This document shows positions 38,217 to 47,870 of a DNA stretch of 64,000 nt, in pieces. Position 1 is the stretch's first letter, and each line of letters starts with the position of its first letter. The position numbers and the translations under genes are program-made. This stretch comes from Candidatus Latescibacterota bacterium. Lineage in GTDB: Bacteria > Latescibacterota > UBA2968 > SICM01. The DNA lies in the NCBI GenBank assembly GCA_965217865.1, contig CBDCJO010000002.1, positions 4,736,001-4,800,000 on the forward strand, in the 5' to 3' direction. The notes below the pieces were generated by a model. It had not been told where the DNA came from. It saw only the letters and a list, made by a program, of their open reading frames with translations, and did not search any database.

Positions 38217-38241
38217 AAAAGGCGCGGTTTTCGCGCCTTTT
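38217..38241. terminator. Bidirectional intrinsic terminator
   Basis: AAAA-GGCGCG-GTTTT-CGCGCC-TTTT. Confidence 0.6.
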
Positions 38242-38302
38242 GTGCTTTACAGGCCTGGGATTATCTCGTATCATATCCGGACTCAGAGGAGCTCTGAACA
38301 AA

Positions 38303-40885
38303 ATGAGAGAGATATTCGTCGTTCCCTTTTCCAACTTCATCCTTCACGGTCTGGGTAGGCGGGAGGAATGTCTTTCCCGCGGGTCATATATCATTTCCAG
38401 CGTTTTGGAATTGATCGATCGAGATCTCGAATTCCGTTTTACCATAGGGAATGTGGCCTTCGTAGATTATTATCTCTCCTGCCATCCGGAACAGAAGGAC
38501 AGGTTCGTTCGGCAAATTCAAAGAGGGGCAATCGAGGTCGGACCGGAGTGGACAGAGATTCCTCAGAACATGCAGATCGGTGAGGATATTGTTCGGAACC
38601 TCATGTACGGCCAACGTTATTTAAAAGAGATTTCCGGGTCTGTGAACCGAACGGTGGTTCCGGTCGACCTGACGGGGTGGACGTCCCAGTTTCCTCAAAT
38701 TGCGAAACAGTGCGGGATAGAATGGATGGTCTGGCAACGGATGGGGCCTGAAGGTGTGGGTCTTTTCCGATGGCAAGGGATCGATGGCAGTCGGCTCCTG
38801 ATCCGGCACTCCGAGGCAGGTTCCCGCACGTTGTGGCAGCTTGTGGACGGGATTCGTTCAAAATCCGGGGAAAACCTGGAGACATTCCAAGAGGTTGTAA
38901 ACAAAGGTTCGTCCCCGGCCATGGTCTATTGGGGGATGGACCTGACGGCTCCGACGGAAAACCAGATTGAAAAGCTAAAGGCATGGTGTGAGGATCATAA
39001 CTTCCGCCCGGCGATGGTCACGCCTAGCCATACTTTCGGCGGATTTGACGGCGAAGACGACCTTCCGACATTCGAAGGGGAAGTTCCTTCGGCGCGTCCT
39101 TTCACCGAGGCGATCTTTCCAGGAATTGTTCCGTTGAATGTGCCGGCCGTCCATCGATTGGCGGCGGCGGAGAAATTCACGACTGCAGCTCATCTCTTGG
39201 CGGGGCACGCTTATCCGGCAGTTCAGTTCAGGGAGTTCTGGCTGAAGCTCCTTGAGGCCATGGACCATCATTACGGTGCTACGGGAGGAGGGGACACAGA
39301 TAAGCGAAAGGCTCGCACCCAGCGGTGCGTGATATGGTGGGCGGAGGATGTGATCCGCTCCGCCACCCGCACCATTGCGGAGCGGGTGAAATTTCCTGCG
39401 GAGCCCCGGGGGGCACTTCCGATCGTGGTGTTCAACCCGACTTCCTGGACGCGGACGGATGTTGTGACCGTTCACGTGTCGTTTTACGGGCTCGAGGACC
39501 CATCGAAAGTTCCCTTCGATATGTATACTATCGTCGATGCCGAACGCCGGAAGCTTCCGTTTCAGGATATCGCCGTTGAGCGGATCTCGACGACTGAAAT
39601 CGATCTGGTTTTCGAGGCGGAGGACGTTCCTCCGGACGGATATGCTACCTTTTATCTCCTCCCGTCTGAACAAGAAACCACGGCTTTGTTGGGAATTCAG
39701 GCTCCGGGCTTGATGGCCCCCGGGGAGGATGAGCCGAAATTCGTCATTCAGGAGGTCTCCACTTCCGTATCCGCCCCTTACCGGGGGATACGTACGGAAC
39801 GGACCTTTTCCAACGATTTCTATGATTTAACGATTGACGAAGTCACGGGCTTCGTCCGCGTGCGTGACCGGAGGCTGAACCGAATCATTTTCGATGGCCT
39901 GCGAATCAGGGGCGAGGAAGAGTCTCTAAACCGTGGTTATTTCCAGTACGATCCCACAGGTCGGGTGTTTGAGCTTTCGGTAGAACGGGTTGACTTGATC
40001 GAGAGCGGAGAGGTGCTGGCCACCGTACTTGTGGAAGGGCGCCTCTTGACTTCGCCGGTCGAACTGCGGTTCACGCTTTATCGGAGTCTCGACCGAATCG
40101 ATCTCGAGGTGAGGCTTGCGTGGCAGGATGAACGGCCGATGAGGGTTCAATTGGAATTCCCAACGGAGGGCGAAGGACCCCAAAAGATCCACTATGGGAG
40201 CCCTTATGGGATGAATGCTTTAGAGGCGCTTGTTCCACGGTGCAGTCCGAAAAGAGATGATGAGCTGGAGAAAAAGAGTTGGGAGAAGCAACGAGAGTGC
40301 GCGGGTTGGATATCGGTAGACCAAGGGGCATGGGGATTTGTAATCGCTTCGGATCGGCGGTCCTATGAGGTAGATGAGGGATATTTGCGAGGGGAACTCC
40401 TCAGGTCGATCCCCGCCGAGGAATCCCGAGATTATCGGCTCGTTTGGAAGACCTATCCCCGGGAAATACGGGCAAACTATTCTTTGAGATCCTATCCCGG
40501 CAATTTTCGGTCCGCAAGTGTTTGGCGAGATGGATGGGGCCTCAACAATCCACTGAACGGGCAGAGCGTGGCCGATACGGCAACGCCCAAATCCCTTCCG
40601 GCCAAGATGAGTTTTTTTAAGGTATATCCCCTGGATGGTGGGACACCTGAAGAGCGCATCATTGTGCCGGTTCTCAAGCGCGCGGAGGATGACGATAGCG
40701 TGATCGTCAGGGCCTTCGAACCGGCCGGTGAGGCCCTGGAAGGGAGACTGGGGTTGTGTGAAAGAACCTTCGTTGGCTATGAGACCAATATGTTGGAGGA
40801 GAAGATCGGAGACATCGACCCTGAGAGGGTCGGGTTTCGCCCGTTCGAAATCAAGACGTTTAAGTTAAACCCCTCGGAGGGTTGA
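38303..40885 (+). CDS. GH38 alpha-mannosidase-like protein, possibly catalytically degenerate
   Basis: GEDIVRNLMYG, DLTGWTSQFPQI, FRWQGIDGS, VFNPTSWTR, LKRAED and PFEIKT. The N-terminal HxD motif is replaced by SNFIL. ATG 38303 follows GAGGAG. Confidence 0.82.
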   Translation: MREIFVVPFSNFILHGLGRREECLSRGSYIISSVLELIDRDLEFRFTIGNVAFVDYYLSCHPEQKDRFVRQIQRGAIEVGPEWTEIPQNMQIGEDIVRNLMYGQRYLKEISGSVNRTVVPVDLTGWTSQFPQIAKQCGIEWMVWQRMGPEGVGLFRWQGIDGSRLLIRHSEAGSRTLWQLVDGIRSKSGENLETFQEVVNKGSSPAMVYWGMDLTAPTENQIEKLKAWCEDHNFRPAMVTPSHTFGGFDGEDDLPTFEGEVPSARPFTEAIFPGIVPLNVPAVHRLAAAEKFTTAAHLLAGHAYPAVQFREFWLKLLEAMDHHYGATGGGDTDKRKARTQRCVIWWAEDVIRSATRTIAERVKFPAEPRGALPIVVFNPTSWTRTDVVTVHVSFYGLEDPSKVPFDMYTIVDAERRKLPFQDIAVERISTTEIDLVFEAEDVPPDGYATFYLLPSEQETTALLGIQAPGLMAPGEDEPKFVIQEVSTSVSAPYRGIRTERTFSNDFYDLTIDEVTGFVRVRDRRLNRIIFDGLRIRGEEESLNRGYFQYDPTGRVFELSVERVDLIESGEVLATVLVEGRLLTSPVELRFTLYRSLDRIDLEVRLAWQDERPMRVQLEFPTEGEGPQKIHYGSPYGMNALEALVPRCSPKRDDELEKKSWEKQRECAGWISVDQGAWGFVIASDRRSYEVDEGYLRGELLRSIPAEESRDYRLVWKTYPREIRANYSLRSYPGNFRSASVWRDGWGLNNPLNGQSVADTATPKSLPAKMSFFKVYPLDGGTPEERIIVPVLKRAEDDDSVIVRAFEPAGEALEGRLGLCERTFVGYETNMLEEKIGDIDPERVGFRPFEIKTFKLNPSEG

Positions 40886-40908
40886 ATTCATACTGGAAGG
40901 AGACGATC

Positions 40909-41241
40909 ATGCCCAAGGTGACGTTTAAGAACTGGAACAAGACGGTGGAATGTGCGGAGGGCACAAACCTGAGGCGGCTTGCCCGGGAGCAGGGAATTCC
41001 GCTGTACAACGGCGCTTCAAAATTATTCAACTGCCGGGGCCATGGCATGTGCGGGACTTGCTGCGTGGAAGTTATACCAGAGGAAAAGGTGGGGCCCAAG
41101 CAGTATATGGAAGTCCTGCGTTTCTTTCAAATCAAGGGAAATTTCCGCCTCGCGTGCCAGTCGGATGTTCGGGGAGACATCGAGGTGATCAAGCACGAGG
41201 GCCTCTATGGGACCGGAAAGGGGCTGGTTCAAGGGGACTGA
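40909..41241 (+). CDS. [2Fe-2S] ferredoxin
   Basis: CRGHGMCGTC...RLACQ; AGGAG RBS before ATG 40909. Confidence 0.9.
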   Translation: MPKVTFKNWNKTVECAEGTNLRRLAREQGIPLYNGASKLFNCRGHGMCGTCCVEVIPEEKVGPKQYMEVLRFFQIKGNFRLACQSDVRGDIEVIKHEGLYGTGKGLVQGD

Positions 41242-41293
41242 GAAGCAAGACGTAACCCGGACAAGGATTCCCCGAGCCGTTGGATCGTTAACG

Positions 41294-41626
41294 ATGAACG
41301 ATAAAGGCCTACACAATCTTTTTGTCTACGGGACGCTCCTGGACGACGGTCTGCTGAGGAGATTGGTGGGGAGGACATTTCCGAAAGTGACGGGGAAACT
41401 TGAGGGATATTTTCGAGTCGAGGAGAAGCCGGGATTTCCCTATCCATCAATAAAGGCTCAAGCGGGGGCTTTTTTAGAGGGGATGGTGCTGATGGGCATC
41501 CGTGGAGAGAACCTCTTCCATCTGGACGCCTATGAGGGAAGGGCTTATGAAAGGATCGAGGTGAAGGTCCACACAGATCGTGGGTTTTGCGAAGCGTGGG
41601 TCTATGCCGGGATTTCTGAGGGATGA
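41294..41626 (+). CDS. Gamma-glutamylcyclotransferase (AIG2-like)
   Basis: LFVYGTL, YP, LDAYEG.YER and AWVY. Confidence 0.88.
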   Translation: MNDKGLHNLFVYGTLLDDGLLRRLVGRTFPKVTGKLEGYFRVEEKPGFPYPSIKAQAGAFLEGMVLMGIRGENLFHLDAYEGRAYERIEVKVHTDRGFCEAWVYAGISEG

Positions 41627-41653
41627 GAAAACGAAACAAACTTGATTTTTCAG

Positions 41654-42274
41654 CTACCCTTCCCCTTCTGACTCTTCTGATTGGGCTTCTTCAACCCTGA
41701 AGAGTTCCGTAATCCTAATCGCCAGGTTGTCTCCAACCACCACAACTTCTCCTCTCCCGAACAGCTGATTGTTCACAAGGATTTCCATCGGGTTGCCAGA
41801 GAGTTTTTCGGTTTCCAGAATCGATCCCTCCTTGAGATCCAACACCTCCTTAACGTTCAGGTTAATCCTTCCCAGTTCGATGGACACGTTCAGGTTTACG
41901 TTGTCGTATTCGTCGATCGGCTTGGGTTGGTCCTCAGTTTCTTTGGGAATTATATACTTGACAAAGGCTATTTGCTTTATCCAAAAATGTTGAGTTTTTT
42001 GCGAAAGTCTCGCAGAATGCCCCGTCCCTTGGCCGGAGATCGTCCGATTCGAGCGATTTCTTTACCTGATTTTTGATGTCCTGTTTCTATATTTGTCGGC
42101 ATGGGGACTGCCAACAGATTGTTTGAGTAGACAGAGCCTTCATCACTATCATGACTTTATCAAGTATATAATCACCGTTTCTTTACCTTCGAGCTGGACA
42201 AACTGTAGGGGTTGAGTTTCAGATTCATCGTCGAAGGCGTCTTGGCCACCGGTCCGGTCATCGAAATTATCCAT
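41654..42274 (-). pseudogene. fliN: Flagellar switch protein FliN interrupted by a MITE
   Basis: N-terminal part MDNFDD...QPLQFVQLEGKETV (ATG 42274, GAGG RBS); C-terminal part ...SIELGR...GEVVVVGDNLAIRITE. Removing 41951-42170 plus one AT restores a 132-aa frame. Confidence 0.85.
41951..42170. mobile_element. 220-bp MITE with 16-bp TIRs and AT target duplication
   Basis: TATATACTTGACAAAG ... CTTTATCAAGTATATA (15/16); AT at 41949-41950 and 42171-42172; no transposase. Confidence 0.85.
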
Positions 42275-42296
42275 AAGAAACCTCTAAAAAAAGATT

Positions 42297-42638
42297 TTAG
42301 GCAGGGGAGTCCTCTGTCATTATCGAGCTGACCTCTTTCATCAGTTCGAGTTTTGTGAATTTTCCCAGTATTCGTGTTTTGAGCTCACCCGCTTTGAAAA
42401 GGAGAACGGTTGGAACGCTCTGAACCTTTTGATCCTTAACGATTTGGGGTTCGGCTTCCGCGTCAAGCTTTCCGACTTTAATCTTGTCTTTGATCTCCTC
42501 GGCGGCTTGTTCGAGGATCGGTTCCAACTCCCGTGCGGGTCTGCACCATTGGGTGGTCACGTATACCAGAAAGGAATTGTCAGGATTAAGAACTTCATCC
42601 CCGAAGTTGCTTTCGGACAATATTGTAAGTTCCGACAT
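42297..42638 (-). CDS. Thioredoxin-fold protein with CxxA motif
   Basis: NFGDEVL, WCRPA, KVGKLDAE and VQSVPTVLLFK. Confidence 0.85.
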   Translation of the reverse strand: MSELTILSESNFGDEVLNPDNSFLVYVTTQWCRPARELEPILEQAAEEIKDKIKVGKLDAEAEPQIVKDQKVQSVPTVLLFKAGELKTRILGKFTKLELMKEVSSIMTEDSPA

Positions 42639-42661
42639 TGGAATCTCGATGGGTTCGCTCG

Positions 42662-43176
42662 TTAATAAAGAAATATATTGTCGGCGAGAAGTTCATCAAC
42701 TTCCTTGCTCAGGCTGGGAACGGTTTTCTTCAACTGTTCCATCTGAGTGTTTGCCGTGAAAAGTTTCTTGGATAGTATCTGAATCACGTTGAGAAGAACC
42801 TTCTGACAAATTTCCGAATTTCTGGTAAAAAGGTCCGTAAGCTCGTCCTTTTTGATGATAAATCCCATCACATCTCCAAGTGTGATAACATTCGCAGATC
42901 TGGGTTCATCCGTGAGGATCCCCTCTCCCCGACCAGGCCGACGGGATTGATTTTGGAAACCTCGACCCCCGTAGAGGTACGCACGGCCAGGTTACCTTCC
43001 AAAAGGATGAACATATCCGTGCTTGCCGACCCGCTGTTGTATATAGGTTCCTCGGTTCCATATTGCATCAGGCGGCATATGTTGAATATATTTTGAAGTT
43101 CAGGTAGGGTCAAACCTTCGAAGGTCGGAATTTTTTTTAATACTTCGAAGAGAGGATCCGCCGGTTCTGTGCTCAT
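42662..43176 (-). pseudogene. Cyclic-nucleotide-binding domain protein with a 1-bp deletion
   Basis: KIPTFEGL...MFILLEG...VGE, then a frameshift at about 42924. Adding one base gives GEMGILTDEPRSANV, which joins ORF 42662..42871. Confidence 0.85.
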
Positions 43177-43386
43177 GCATGGCTCCCGCGGTAGGGACGA
43201 AGAAATACCAGTATTAAAAACCTGAAATATATCTAACTCACAATTTCAAGAAAATTTATACCAATGGTCAACAACGAATATGATCCCGTACATTTTCTCT
43301 TGCCAAATCCCTCTTAGATTTCATATACTTACCCTGAAAGACACCTGACAAATCCCGACTTAAATAAGGTTTTTCCTAGGTGGTCC

Positions 43387-44652
43387 ATGGCGAGCGAAGA
43401 AAACGGCAGTGTTCTGATGATACAGGCCAACCCGACAGATGCCGAATTTATCGGGACATTTATTGAAAAGGTTGCAGGGTATCAGGTTACCCAAGCCTTA
43501 GACGGTCCTGACTTCATCAGAAAATTACGTATCTCCCCGTCGATGATCCTAATCGATACCCAAATGAATGAGAATTTCCTCCGGGCGATTGAAATTATGC
43601 GGCGGATTCCAAAATTAAAGTCGATTCCGATCGGTGTCGTGACGGCCAACCCGTCCAGACTGGCCCGATGCGATGAAAAAGGCATCAATGGTATTATTCT
43701 TAAACCCTTTACCCCACAGCTCCTGCTTGCCAAAATTTGGAAATTAATGAAGTTGGCTCCCCCTCCCGAGAAAGACAACGGAAAAAAGGGGGGGGACTTG
43801 AACATTCAAGTCGATCAGATCGAGAATCTCCCCACTTTGCCGTCGGTTTACAGCGAGGTTGAAAGGCTGTGCCAGAACCCGGATGTCGACTCAGAAGAAC
43901 TCAGCAAAGTAATCCAGACCGACCCATCGATTACCCTCAAACTTTTACGATTGGCGAACTCCGCTTTCTTCGGATTCACGCGCAAGGTCAACTCGGTGAA
44001 GGATGCGATATCTCTCCTCGGAAACCAGACGGTCAAGAATGCAGTATTGAGCATTTCGATCTATGAGGCTACAAAGGGGGAGGAGGTATCAGCCGGGCTG
44101 GATAAAATGAAGTTCTGGCAACATTCAGTCGGAGTCGGTTCAATAGCGCGGTTTATGGCCAATAAATTGGGGATCCAGAGGGATGAGGTCTTTGCGGCAG
44201 GAATCCTCCACGACATTGGAAAGGTCGTCCTTGACGGATTGTTCAGCGATTATTATGCGCCCGTTTTGAAGGCCGTTGCCGAAAGAAAGATTTCAATTTT
44301 TCAAGCCGAGCAGGAAGAAATCGGCCTTCCTCACACTAAAATCGGCCAGGAATTGGGTCAGGCCTGGAAAATCCCCGAAAGTTTTATCGAGGGGATATCG
44401 CATCATCACAAGCCTGGAGGGTCAGATTTCGACCCGGAGCTTGCCTCCCTGATTCACGTGGCGGATATCCTCTGCCGAAATGCAGAGATGGGTTCGGGGG
44501 GGGACGATCTGGTCCCATTGATCGACGAATTCGCATCTGAAAAATTGGGCGTTGGACCGGAAAAGATCCTGGAGTGGGAAACGGATATTCTGAGTGAACT
44601 CGAGAAGGATCGGACCTTTCTATCCGCGATGGAGGATAAAAAGTCAAATTAA
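43387..44652 (+). CDS. Receiver-HDOD domain signalling protein
   Basis: Degenerate REC domain (MILID, LKPF); HDOD motifs LPTLP, LRLANSAFFG, FWQHS, LHDIGK and HHH. Confidence 0.9.
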   Translation: MASEENGSVLMIQANPTDAEFIGTFIEKVAGYQVTQALDGPDFIRKLRISPSMILIDTQMNENFLRAIEIMRRIPKLKSIPIGVVTANPSRLARCDEKGINGIILKPFTPQLLLAKIWKLMKLAPPPEKDNGKKGGDLNIQVDQIENLPTLPSVYSEVERLCQNPDVDSEELSKVIQTDPSITLKLLRLANSAFFGFTRKVNSVKDAISLLGNQTVKNAVLSISIYEATKGEEVSAGLDKMKFWQHSVGVGSIARFMANKLGIQRDEVFAAGILHDIGKVVLDGLFSDYYAPVLKAVAERKISIFQAEQEEIGLPHTKIGQELGQAWKIPESFIEGISHHHKPGGSDFDPELASLIHVADILCRNAEMGSGGDDLVPLIDEFASEKLGVGPEKILEWETDILSELEKDRTFLSAMEDKKSN

Positions 44653-44700
44653 AGGAATCAGAAGAAGGATATATTTAATAATCAGTACTTACGAAAGGAT

Positions 44701-44982
44701 TTGCGGATGGAAGAACTGGCAGGTATACTTTCTATATCGATGGCGGTGTCCATCATTCTGGTCATCCTCGCCAAATATCTCACGACAGCCCGGATTCAGG
44801 TTCTGAAGAGAATGGCCGTTGACTCGGAAGCGAATAGTCGGGCGGCTCTGGGGAAGATGAAAGCAGCTGAGAACGAGTTAGCTGTCGCTGACCGGAACGA
44901 GCAGATCCAGGTCAAGAAGAAGGAGTCTCTCGAGAAGCAGATTGAGAAACTGACCAAGGAACTGGGAAACCTTAACGTATAA
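44701..44982 (+). CDS. Small membrane-anchored coiled-coil protein
   Basis: N-terminal TM helix and charged heptads; AAGGA RBS. Confidence 0.65.
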   Translation: MRMEELAGILSISMAVSIILVILAKYLTTARIQVLKRMAVDSEANSRAALGKMKAAENELAVADRNEQIQVKKKESLEKQIEKLTKELGNLNV

Positions 44983-45323
44983 GGTGTTGTTTTTAGGAAC
45001 CGATTCCTCACGTCTCTTCAATAAGTCAATCGCACCTAGATCCAACCGTCAGAGGAGTGAGTCGAGCGTCGAATCGTAAACCGATCAAGGTTTCGTCCTA
45101 TGAAGCGCATCTTGTCCGGTAAGATGCAGATTGCCCCGAACAGGGGAATACCTCTCTCACAATCGTGTGAGAGTTTGGAATAACTGCCCTCCAACCCAGA
45201 GCGCCAGAGCATACCCCACCAAGAACGGACCCCTCCCTTTTAGAGGATTCGACGATATTTCGAGTCCATAACTCCTTCCTCGTCGGGATCCCCAAAGCAT
45301 TTTAGGTATCGGGAGATAAAAAT

Positions 45324-45743
45324 ATGGATCTTACAAAGCAATATCCACGAAGTCCGTATAGCGAGATTGGGGGCTTTGTCATGTTGGGAAGGACGGTTGA
45401 CAAGGCGCGAGCACATAACGCGGAAAAACTCGGGGAGTACATATACGACTGCCCCCTGGACAGACTTGTGTTCGAATTCCTCGGTGTTTCCCCCGAGGAT
45501 CTGGCTGAGGCTGTAAAGGAGAATTCAACGGATGAAGAGATCATGGCCTGGGTGACTCGCAAGGATGTTCCCCGAGATTCTGAAGCGGTGCGTGAGTTCA
45601 ACATGAGTTTGAAAGGGCGTGCTCCCGTCACGGAGGAACAGAAACAACGATTTAAACTGACGCTGGAGAAGTTCGCCCCCGGCCGGAAGGACGTTTCAAC
45701 CTGGTTCGATTTGATAGACGCCGAGGAAGGAAGGTTACCATAG
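45324..45743 (+). CDS. DUF5069 domain protein
   Basis: DLTKQYPRSP, LGRTVDKARA, GEYIYDCPLD and DLIDAEEGR. Confidence 0.8.
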   Translation: MDLTKQYPRSPYSEIGGFVMLGRTVDKARAHNAEKLGEYIYDCPLDRLVFEFLGVSPEDLAEAVKENSTDEEIMAWVTRKDVPRDSEAVREFNMSLKGRAPVTEEQKQRFKLTLEKFAPGRKDVSTWFDLIDAEEGRLP

Positions 45744-45828
45744 GAAGCCGGGTTCGGATTTCCGGCTTAATAACAGACGGTCTACGTTCTTTTTGCAGAC
45801 GAATCCATTTTAATCCTTTGGGGGCTTT

Positions 45829-46869
45829 GTGCTGGGTGTTCTCACATCCCGCCATCCAGATGAACATCCGGTGATCTCGGTGGAGAATCTCTTTAAGTTT
45901 TACCGGGTTCATAAGAAAGAACCCGGTCTCTGGGGATCCGTAAAGAGTTTTATCCGTCGAAGGACTTACGATGTCAAGGCTGTAGAAGATGTGAGTTTCC
46001 GAATCCGAAGGGGTGAGCTGGTTGGTTTTTTAGGTCCAAACGGGGCCGGGAAGACCACAACACTCAAGGTGCTTTCGGGTTTACTCTACCCGACGGCCGG
46101 GGATGTTTCGGTTCTGGGATTTCGTCCCTGGAAAAGGCAGAGGGCTTTTCAGCACCAGTTTTCGCTTGTCATGGGGCAAAAGAATCAGCTCTGGTGGGAT
46201 CTCCCGGCCATGGATTCATTCCTCCTCAACCGGGAAATTTATCAGATTCCCCGGGCGCAGTTTGAAGAGACCATCGGGGAATTAACCGAAGCGCTCGAAC
46301 TCAAATCGCTGCTGCGTGTGCAAGTTCGAAAGCTTTCCCTCGGCGAAAGGATGAAATGCGAGTTGGCGGCCGCCATTCTCCATCGACCCACGATCCTGTT
46401 TTTGGATGAACCGACTATAGGTCTGGATGTGGTGATGCAGAAGAAGGTTCGTGAGTTTATTCTGGACTACAATCGAAAGAATGAGGCGACCATCCTCCTG
46501 ACGACCCATTATATGAAGGATGTGGAGCAATTATGCGACCGGGTGATCATCATAGACCATGGCAGGGTGGTTTACGATGGGAAGTTGGATGAGATCGTCC
46601 GTCGACACGTGGATCGGAAGACGCTTGTCGTGACGTTCCAGGAATCGATATCGCGGGAGGCCCTTGAGGATGTCGGGAAGATTATCGACTTTCAGGATCA
46701 GAAGGCCACTATCGGTGTACCTCGCGCTGAGGCTAGCCAGCGGGCTGCCCGCCTGTTAAACCAGTTCCCGGTCGCGGATCTCAACATCGAGGATCCTCCT
46801 GTAGAAGAAGTGATTCGCCATCTGTTTCTGGCCGGATCAGAAGCGCCGCAATTGGGATCAGGCGGCTAA
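45829..46869 (+). CDS. ABC transporter ATPase (COG4586 type)
   Basis: GPNGAGKTT, GQKNQLWWDLP, LSLGERMK and LDEPTIGLD. Confidence 0.92.
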   Translation: MLGVLTSRHPDEHPVISVENLFKFYRVHKKEPGLWGSVKSFIRRRTYDVKAVEDVSFRIRRGELVGFLGPNGAGKTTTLKVLSGLLYPTAGDVSVLGFRPWKRQRAFQHQFSLVMGQKNQLWWDLPAMDSFLLNREIYQIPRAQFEETIGELTEALELKSLLRVQVRKLSLGERMKCELAAAILHRPTILFLDEPTIGLDVVMQKKVREFILDYNRKNEATILLTTHYMKDVEQLCDRVIIIDHGRVVYDGKLDEIVRRHVDRKTLVVTFQESISREALEDVGKIIDFQDQKATIGVPRAEASQRAARLLNQFPVADLNIEDPPVEEVIRHLFLAGSEAPQLGSGG

Positions 46870-46904
46870 TTCACGGCCGGATTATATCAAAACCCCTTTT
46901 CCGT

Positions 46905-47732
46905 TTGTCAAAGATATCCCCCGTGCATTCATTCCGGTCGAAGCTCAAACTCCTGAGTATGTTCCTGCAGGAGGCAGTTCAATATCGATCCGAGAGTTTT
47001 ATCTGGTTTTTGTTCGACGTGATCGGACCGTTGGTTATGATCCTGATGTGGCGTTCGGCCTACGGACCCTCCGATCAATTCGGGGGGTATACCGAAAACC
47101 AGATGATGCTCTACTATGTTGGGATGATGTCTCTGCGGACGCTTCTCAACGTCCATCCGGAATGGGAGATCAGCCAGGAAATCCGGACAAGTGAGTTTTC
47201 CAAACATCTCCTCAGGCCGCTCGGGTTCAATCAGTACCACCTTATGGGGGAGGCCGCCTGGAAACTCCTGCGGATGATTTATCTTTTACCGGTGGTGGGG
47301 ATTTTCCTGATCTGGCTTGGTCCTGTTGTCCTGTCGGCTGTGGGTTTGACCCGAGAAATGGCCATCCCTTTTTTCGGGAGCCTGGTGCTGGGTTATTTTT
47401 TAAACTATTATATCAAAGTGACACTCGGGCTCGTCGCATTCTGGATGACCGAGTCCGTTGGGGTGTTCAACTTCTTCTTTCTGATTCAGCTCTTATTCGA
47501 GGGAACGGTAATCCCGCTGGACCTCATGCCGGAATTGGTACAGCGGATTGGGGAATTTCTTCCGTTTCGGTATTTCTATTTCCTTTCGATGTCGATTCTA
47601 CAGGGAAAATTGGACGCTCCGACAGCATTCCAGGAGATCTTTACCCAATTTGCGTGGTGTATCGGTGCGTATTTGATCATGCGAATCGTGTTTCGGATGG
47701 GGGTCCGGAATTATAGTGCCGTTGGGGGATGA
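46905..47732 (+). CDS. ABC-2 family permease (COG4587 type)
   Basis: QYR, LLRP, PLDLMP, LPFRY and C-terminal YSAVGG. Confidence 0.88.
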   Translation: MSKISPVHSFRSKLKLLSMFLQEAVQYRSESFIWFLFDVIGPLVMILMWRSAYGPSDQFGGYTENQMMLYYVGMMSLRTLLNVHPEWEISQEIRTSEFSKHLLRPLGFNQYHLMGEAAWKLLRMIYLLPVVGIFLIWLGPVVLSAVGLTREMAIPFFGSLVLGYFLNYYIKVTLGLVAFWMTESVGVFNFFFLIQLLFEGTVIPLDLMPELVQRIGEFLPFRYFYFLSMSILQGKLDAPTAFQEIFTQFAWCIGAYLIMRIVFRMGVRNYSAVGG

Positions 47733-47870
47733 ATGTAAATTGGAAACTGCAAACTGAAACGGTTGCTGATTCAAAGTTGAGGTTAAAGGAAGAATGGAAC
47801 ATCCAGGGAAGTTGATGGGGAAAAGTCTAAACTGGAAAGGGACCGGGCGGATCGGATCGGAGGCGAGAAA

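Noticed and set aside
44990-45310. Possible degraded minus-strand gene or ncRNA (AAGGAG-ATG at about 45270)
   Set aside because: The frame closes after 9 codons and no family motif or convincing structure was recognised.
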